Source of the DNA: Patescibacteria group bacterium UBA6201
GTDB taxonomy: Bacteria; Patescibacteriota; Minisyncoccia; Phycocordibacterales; UBA918
Direction: 5' to 3'
Length of the DNA: 64,000 nt
Assembly (NCBI GenBank): GCA_002422025.1
Contig: DISV01000004.1
Span: 102,578 to 166,577, forward strand
The notes beneath the pieces were generated by a model. That model was not told where the DNA came from and did no database searches. It worked only from the letters and a program-made list of their open reading frames with translations. This document shows positions 59,885 to 64,000 of this stretch, one piece after another. Position 1 is the stretch's first letter; every line of letters begins with the position of its first letter. Position numbers and translations under genes: made by a program.

Positions 59885-60025
59885 AAGAAACTTAAAACTT
59901 TCTAAATGAGATGAAGTTGCGTTTGCTGGAGGGAGGAGCTGCGAGCGAGCCGTATTTAACATACGGTGACGAGCAGTCCGACTGAAGCAAATGCAAATTC
60001 GCTCATTTAGGAATGTTTTACTTCT
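59885..60025 (+). repeat. Rod-like intergenic palindrome (copy 10)
   Basis: AAATGAG-ATG-AA...GGAG...CCGTAT/ATACGG...TGA...CG-CTCATTT. Confidence 0.85.
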
Positions 60026-60878
60026 TGGAGGTCATTCGTGGTCCTAACTTTCGTCTCTTAACAATAAACTTGTTAGACTGCTTCTTTGGACGACGAGTCT
60101 TCTGACCCTTACCGGTCGGACGACCCTGAGCCGTACGAGAACGCTTGTGTCCACGTGGCTGCACACCTTCTCCACCTCCGTGTGGGTGGTCTACGGCGTT
60201 TTTAGCAGTACCACGAGTCTTAGGACGAAGTCCCATATGACGAGCGCGTCCAGCCTTACCAATGTTCACTAGACGATTCTCTTCGTTTGAAACTTCACCA
60301 ATGGAAGCCCAAGCGGTAGAGATAATCTTGCGAATTTCAGTTGAAGGTAGACGAACCTGTGTGTAACCTGCATCCTGCGCTACTACTTCAGCGTAGTTAC
60401 CAGCAGAACGAGCGATACGAGCTCCGGCTCCTGGTTTTAATTCCACTGCGTACACAAAGGTACCAACTGGAATCTTAGCCAAAGGAAGACGGTTACCTAG
60501 AGTTGGGCGAGCGTCGGCAGAGACAATGAAACTGTCTCCTACTTGCATACGCTGAGGCACTAGGATGTAACGGCGTTCACCGTCGGCGTAAAGTGCCAAG
60601 GCGATGAAACCGGTTCGGTACGGATCGTACTCAATAGTTTCAATCCGAGCTGGAATTCCCTGCTTGTTGAAACGGAAATCGATTTCGCGATACTTACGCT
60701 TATTACCATTACCACGGTACCAAACGGTAGTACGTCCTTGACTGTTACGACCACCGGTTCCACTGCGACCTTTTACCAAAGCCTTGTGCGGAGTACTAGA
60801 AGTCGAAGACAATTTCTTCTTGTATTCGATGACGGTCATCCCGCGACGACCTGGTGATGTTGGTTTGTGTTTTTTCAT
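60018..60878 (-). CDS. rplB: 50S ribosomal protein L2
   Basis: PTSPGRR, EYDPYR, GKAGR, DHPHGGGEG. Confidence 0.97.
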   Translation of the reverse strand: MKKHKPTSPGRRGMTVIEYKKKLSSTSSTPHKALVKGRSGTGGRNSQGRTTVWYRGNGNKRKYREIDFRFNKQGIPARIETIEYDPYRTGFIALALYADGERRYILVPQRMQVGDSFIVSADARPTLGNRLPLAKIPVGTFVYAVELKPGAGARIARSAGNYAEVVAQDAGYTQVRLPSTEIRKIISTAWASIGEVSNEENRLVNIGKAGRARHMGLRPKTRGTAKNAVDHPHGGGEGVQPRGHKRSRTAQGRPTGKGQKTRRPKKQSNKFIVKRRKLGPRMTSKK

Positions 60879-61006
60879 AATTTTTTGCTGGAACTTTGTC
60901 TCTAGCTCTTGGCACTTGGTTTTGTAAACCACTAAGTGCTAAGTACTATGAGCCAAGGGCCATTTGTTACTTTGCAGGTACTGAGTACCTATTCGTGTAA
61001 TAAAGT

Positions 61007-61366
61007 TTAGATGAGAGAGATAGAATCCCCTTTCTTCAAATAAACGTAAGCTTTTTTCATTCCGTGCTGTGTCATCACTCTACCTTTTGACCTCGACTTG
61101 AACTGCCGTGGAGTTTTGTTGACGATGTTTATTCTCACCGGCGTCACGCCATAGAAGGTTTTAACGGCCTCACGGACATCGAACTTCGTTGCAGAACGAG
61201 CTACTTCAAATGAGTAGATATTCCTTTCGCTCATCTTCATCGCCTTTTCAGTGATGCGAGGAGATCGAAGTACGAAAGAGAGGTCGCGAGAGACATCAGC
61301 ACCGTTGGTGCTAACGGCTTTCTTTTCTTTCTTAGTGGCGGTTTTTTTCTGACTAAAGAGTGCCAT
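61007..61366 (-). CDS. rplW: 50S ribosomal protein L23
   Basis: PRITEKA, KKAYVYL. Confidence 0.94.
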   Translation of the reverse strand: MALFSQKKTATKKEKKAVSTNGADVSRDLSFVLRSPRITEKAMKMSERNIYSFEVARSATKFDVREAVKTFYGVTPVRINIVNKTPRQFKSRSKGRVMTQHGMKKAYVYLKKGDSISLI

Positions 61367-61385
61367 ATTAATTAGGTTATAGGTT

Positions 61386-62051
61386 CTAGCTCGTTACGCG
61401 CTTTTCCAAAGTCTCAAGAGAGGCTTTTGGCTCAGCCACAATAACGTACTTATAAGTTAGAAGATCAACTGGGTTGATATCCTTAGCCATCACAACCTCT
61501 AGATTTCCAAAGTTTCGGAAACTCTTCTCAGTTGCAATGTCACGAGCCGCCAATACTACTACTGCAGTATTCTTGCGCTTCGTTACCAACTCCTTCTGGT
61601 CAATAGCGGTAGCCAAAGACTTAAGGATGTTCTTAGCTTCCTCGGCCTTTGGCTCAGCAAATACTAATGAATCAACAAAGATGACTTCGCCGTCTTGGTA
61701 CTTACGAGTCAAAGTGACTGCAAGTGCCTTCGCGCGAACCTTCTTGTTAATCTTGCGAGTATAGTCTTTCTCAGAGATTGGACCGTGGGCCACACCTCCT
61801 CCCGACCAAATCGGAGAGCGGCGAGAACCATGACGCGCGCGTCCGGTACCCTTCTGCTTCCAAGGCTTTCGCCCTCCTCCACGTACTTCACCACGATCCT
61901 TGGTGTCGGCAGTACCAGCACGAGCATTACCCTGCATCGCTACTACTACTTCGTGTACCAAGTCAGCGTTCCAAGCGACGTTGAAAAGAGACTCCGGTAG
62001 AGTAATTTCTGAAGCCTTGCCACCATCTTGTTTATATATTTGTGCTTTCAT
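61386..62051 (-). CDS. rplD: 50S ribosomal protein L4
   Basis: KPWKQKGTGRARHGS. Confidence 0.97.
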   Translation of the reverse strand: MKAQIYKQDGGKASEITLPESLFNVAWNADLVHEVVVAMQGNARAGTADTKDRGEVRGGGRKPWKQKGTGRARHGSRRSPIWSGGGVAHGPISEKDYTRKINKKVRAKALAVTLTRKYQDGEVIFVDSLVFAEPKAEEAKNILKSLATAIDQKELVTKRKNTAVVVLAARDIATEKSFRNFGNLEVVMAKDINPVDLLTYKYVIVAEPKASLETLEKRVTS

Positions 62052-62061
62052 ATTTTTATAC

Positions 62062-62200
62062 TTAATTTAAGTTTTAAAAATTGGATGCAGTTGTGTTTGT
62101 TGGAAGAATTTTTATGAGGAAGGTGTAGTAAACCTACGACGACCGAGTAAAAATTCTGAAACGAATGCAAATGCGCCAATTTATTTAACTTAAAAAGATT
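62062..62200 (+). repeat. Rod-like intergenic palindrome (copy 11)
   Basis: AAATTGG-ATG-CA...GGAA...GTAG/CTAC-GACGACC...TGA...CG-CCAATTT. Confidence 0.85.
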
Positions 62201-62828
62201 AGGCAGCAGCTCTTACCTCTACTAGAGTCCCCTTTCGACCAGGGATTGCTCCCTTTACGAGGATTGTATTCTCTTCAGCGTTTACCTGAACGATTTTAAG
62301 GTTCTTAACCGTTATACGGTCAGAGCCCATACGTCCAGCCATACGCATACCCTTGATAACACGTCCTCCATCACGTCCTCCACCTCCAATAGAACCTGGA
62401 GCGCGGAGTGAGTGCTTACGTCCGTGAGAGGCCATGTCTCCAGCAAAACCGTGACGCTTGACCACACCCTGAAAGCCCTTACCCTTTGAGATGGCTGACA
62501 CAGTAACAGTGTCACCTGGAGCAAAAACTGAAGAATCAATTGTTGCACCTACCTCTACTCCATCAAGTTTTTCTCCTTGTGAAGCACGGGCACGAAACTC
62601 CTTCACGTAGCGCTTAGCGCCACCTTGGTGACCAAGATCAGCCTTACCAAGACGTGATTCCTTTTGCTCACCACCTGCTACTTGTACAGCGTCGTAACCA
62701 TCTTTCTCAGACGATTTCACAGCCGTTACAACCAGTGGAGTGACCCGAAGGATGGTCACAGGGAAACAAGTTCCCTTTTCATCAAAGACTTGAGTCATCT
62801 TGTCTTTAGTGCCTAAAATGAATTTCAT
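62199..62828 (-). CDS. rplC: 50S ribosomal protein L3
   Basis: MTQVF, DGYDAVQ, SKGKGFQGVVKRH, MAGRMG. Confidence 0.97.
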   Translation of the reverse strand: MKFILGTKDKMTQVFDEKGTCFPVTILRVTPLVVTAVKSSEKDGYDAVQVAGGEQKESRLGKADLGHQGGAKRYVKEFRARASQGEKLDGVEVGATIDSSVFAPGDTVTVSAISKGKGFQGVVKRHGFAGDMASHGRKHSLRAPGSIGGGGRDGGRVIKGMRMAGRMGSDRITVKNLKIVQVNAEENTILVKGAIPGRKGTLVEVRAAA

Positions 62829-62843
62829 TCAATCAGGGCAGGG

Positions 62844-62960
62844 CTCCAAAATTAGCGAATTTCTTCGTTATGCTTCACAAATTGACACTCACTGGACTAA
62901 TTGTTGTCCCACTCGTGACAATTTGCTCACACATCTCGAACTTCATCCAATTTTAAATCC
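62844..62960 (-). repeat. Rod-like intergenic palindrome (copy 12)
   Basis: Reverse complement parallels copy 4 (GGGAC/GTCC-AGTGA apex). Confidence 0.8.
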
Positions 62961-63137
62961 CTGCAATTTAGTTAATAAATGTCTCTGACCAGAAACGGGT
63001 AATAAAAAACACGTTCCAGGACACAGCCACGAAACGCGGATAGTGCCCATTGGTTCTCAAGGATGCAAGCATCCCGTCATCGAACTTAGGTCTTGAAGAC
63101 CGCTGTACTATATCGCTTATTAGCAAAAAAGCAAGGG

Positions 63138-64000
63138 TTAGGTGTCTGTACTAAACCGTACATAAATCCCAGTGGGGACTATACGCTTTGAGGATACTTC
63201 TTGAATACTAAGTGAGCCAAAAGTGCCTGAAACCTTATCAAAAACACTTTCTACTGCTTGAGCAAAGGATTCGGAAGCAAAGCCAGCGGCATAACCAGAG
63301 AGCACCACGAATGAACCAGGTTTTTCAGAGAGAATCTCTTTAAGGTTTTTAAGGAGTGGAACTAAGTCTTCTTCGATGTGCCAGACCTGGCCCTTAGCAC
63401 CGCGACCAAAGGCCGGTGGGTCTAGGATAATGCCGTCGTACTTTGCCCCACGTCGTACTTCACGCTTTACGAAAGCGGCAGCATCGTCCACAATCCAACG
63501 AACGGAGTCATTAGCCAATTCGCTCGCCTTAGCGTTTTCACTCGCCCACTCCATCGACTGCTTAGAGGAATCAACATGGGTCACTTTGGCTCCAGCCTTG
63601 GCTACGGCGAGTGTGGCGGCACCAGTGTAGCCGAAAAGATTAAGAACACTTGGCGACTCATTTCCCTTCTTCATACCCTTAACCTTTTCCATTATCCAAG
63701 ACCACTGACTAGCGTGTTCAGGGAAAAGCCCAACATGCTTAAAGGAGGTGAAGTGAAGTTTGAAAGTAAGGTCTTCAAAGACTACCTGCCAATCAACCGG
63801 AGTGTCATCGTGAAGAGTCCACTTCCCATCCTTTGTTTCAGAGGTAAATTTAGCTTGTGCCTGTGACCACAATTCAGGCTTGAGCGGGGACCAAATAGCT
63901 TGCGTGTCTGGTCTGTCGGTGATGATTTTACCAAAGCGCTCGAGCTTCCGCCCATTTCCTGAATCAATCAGTTCGTAGTCAGGCCAAGATTTAGTTGTGA
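63138..64000 (-). CDS. Class I SAM-dependent methyltransferase, RlmI-like (5' end outside window)
   Basis: YELIDSGNGRKLERFG upstream in frame; LNLFGYTG, ILDPPAFG. Confidence 0.88.
   Translation of the reverse strand, partial: TTKSWPDYELIDSGNGRKLERFGKIITDRPDTQAIWSPLKPELWSQAQAKFTSETKDGKWTLHDDTPVDWQVVFEDLTFKLHFTSFKHVGLFPEHASQWSWIMEKVKGMKKGNESPSVLNLFGYTGAATLAVAKAGAKVTHVDSSKQSMEWASENAKASELANDSVRWIVDDAAAFVKREVRRGAKYDGIILDPPAFGRGAKGQVWHIEEDLVPLLKNLKEILSEKPGSFVVLSGYAAGFASESFAQAVESVFDKVSGTFGSLSIQEVSSKRIVPTGIYVRFSTDT

Overview
Genome fragment of a Patescibacteria/CPR bacterium (Parcubacteria-like: no rpmD, AT-rich Shine-Dalgarno-less housekeeping leaders, full type IV pilus locus). Core content: ftsEX, prfB, gatCA, ligA, a pilMNO-pilB-pilT-pilC-pilin-pilD cluster with comF, gdhA, malic enzyme, recG, ftsH, smpB/ssrA, infC-rpmI-rplT, ndk, map, two adk-like genes, secY and a fragmented S10/spc ribosomal cluster, plus eight tRNAs, tmRNA and a probable 6S RNA. 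The unexplained signal is non-coding. (1) Six 159-277 bp mini-elements sit at the 3' ends of tRNA-Thr, -Asp (two), -Met, -Ser and tmRNA. Each has a terminator hairpin, an antisense copy of its own target's 3' end (split by a small hairpin in five of six), one of two shared cores, and a direct repeat of the target end. The same core therefore carries arms matched to different targets. A related 171 bp unit splits one tRNA-Ile(UAU) while carrying an intact copy of it. (2) An integrase-less array of single-gene cassettes follows tmRNA, delimited by CTCCAC cores and a 69 bp trailer that is conserved as a peptide. (3) Twelve ~110-185 bp rod-like intergenic palindromes have conserved internal loops and variable stems. 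Also seen: rare tRNA-Ser(ACT) and tRNA-Ile(TAT), a MITE with a target-site duplication, and a hairpin motif in all four minor-pilin leaders. Everything was read by eye; no database search or folding program was run, so novelty is untested.
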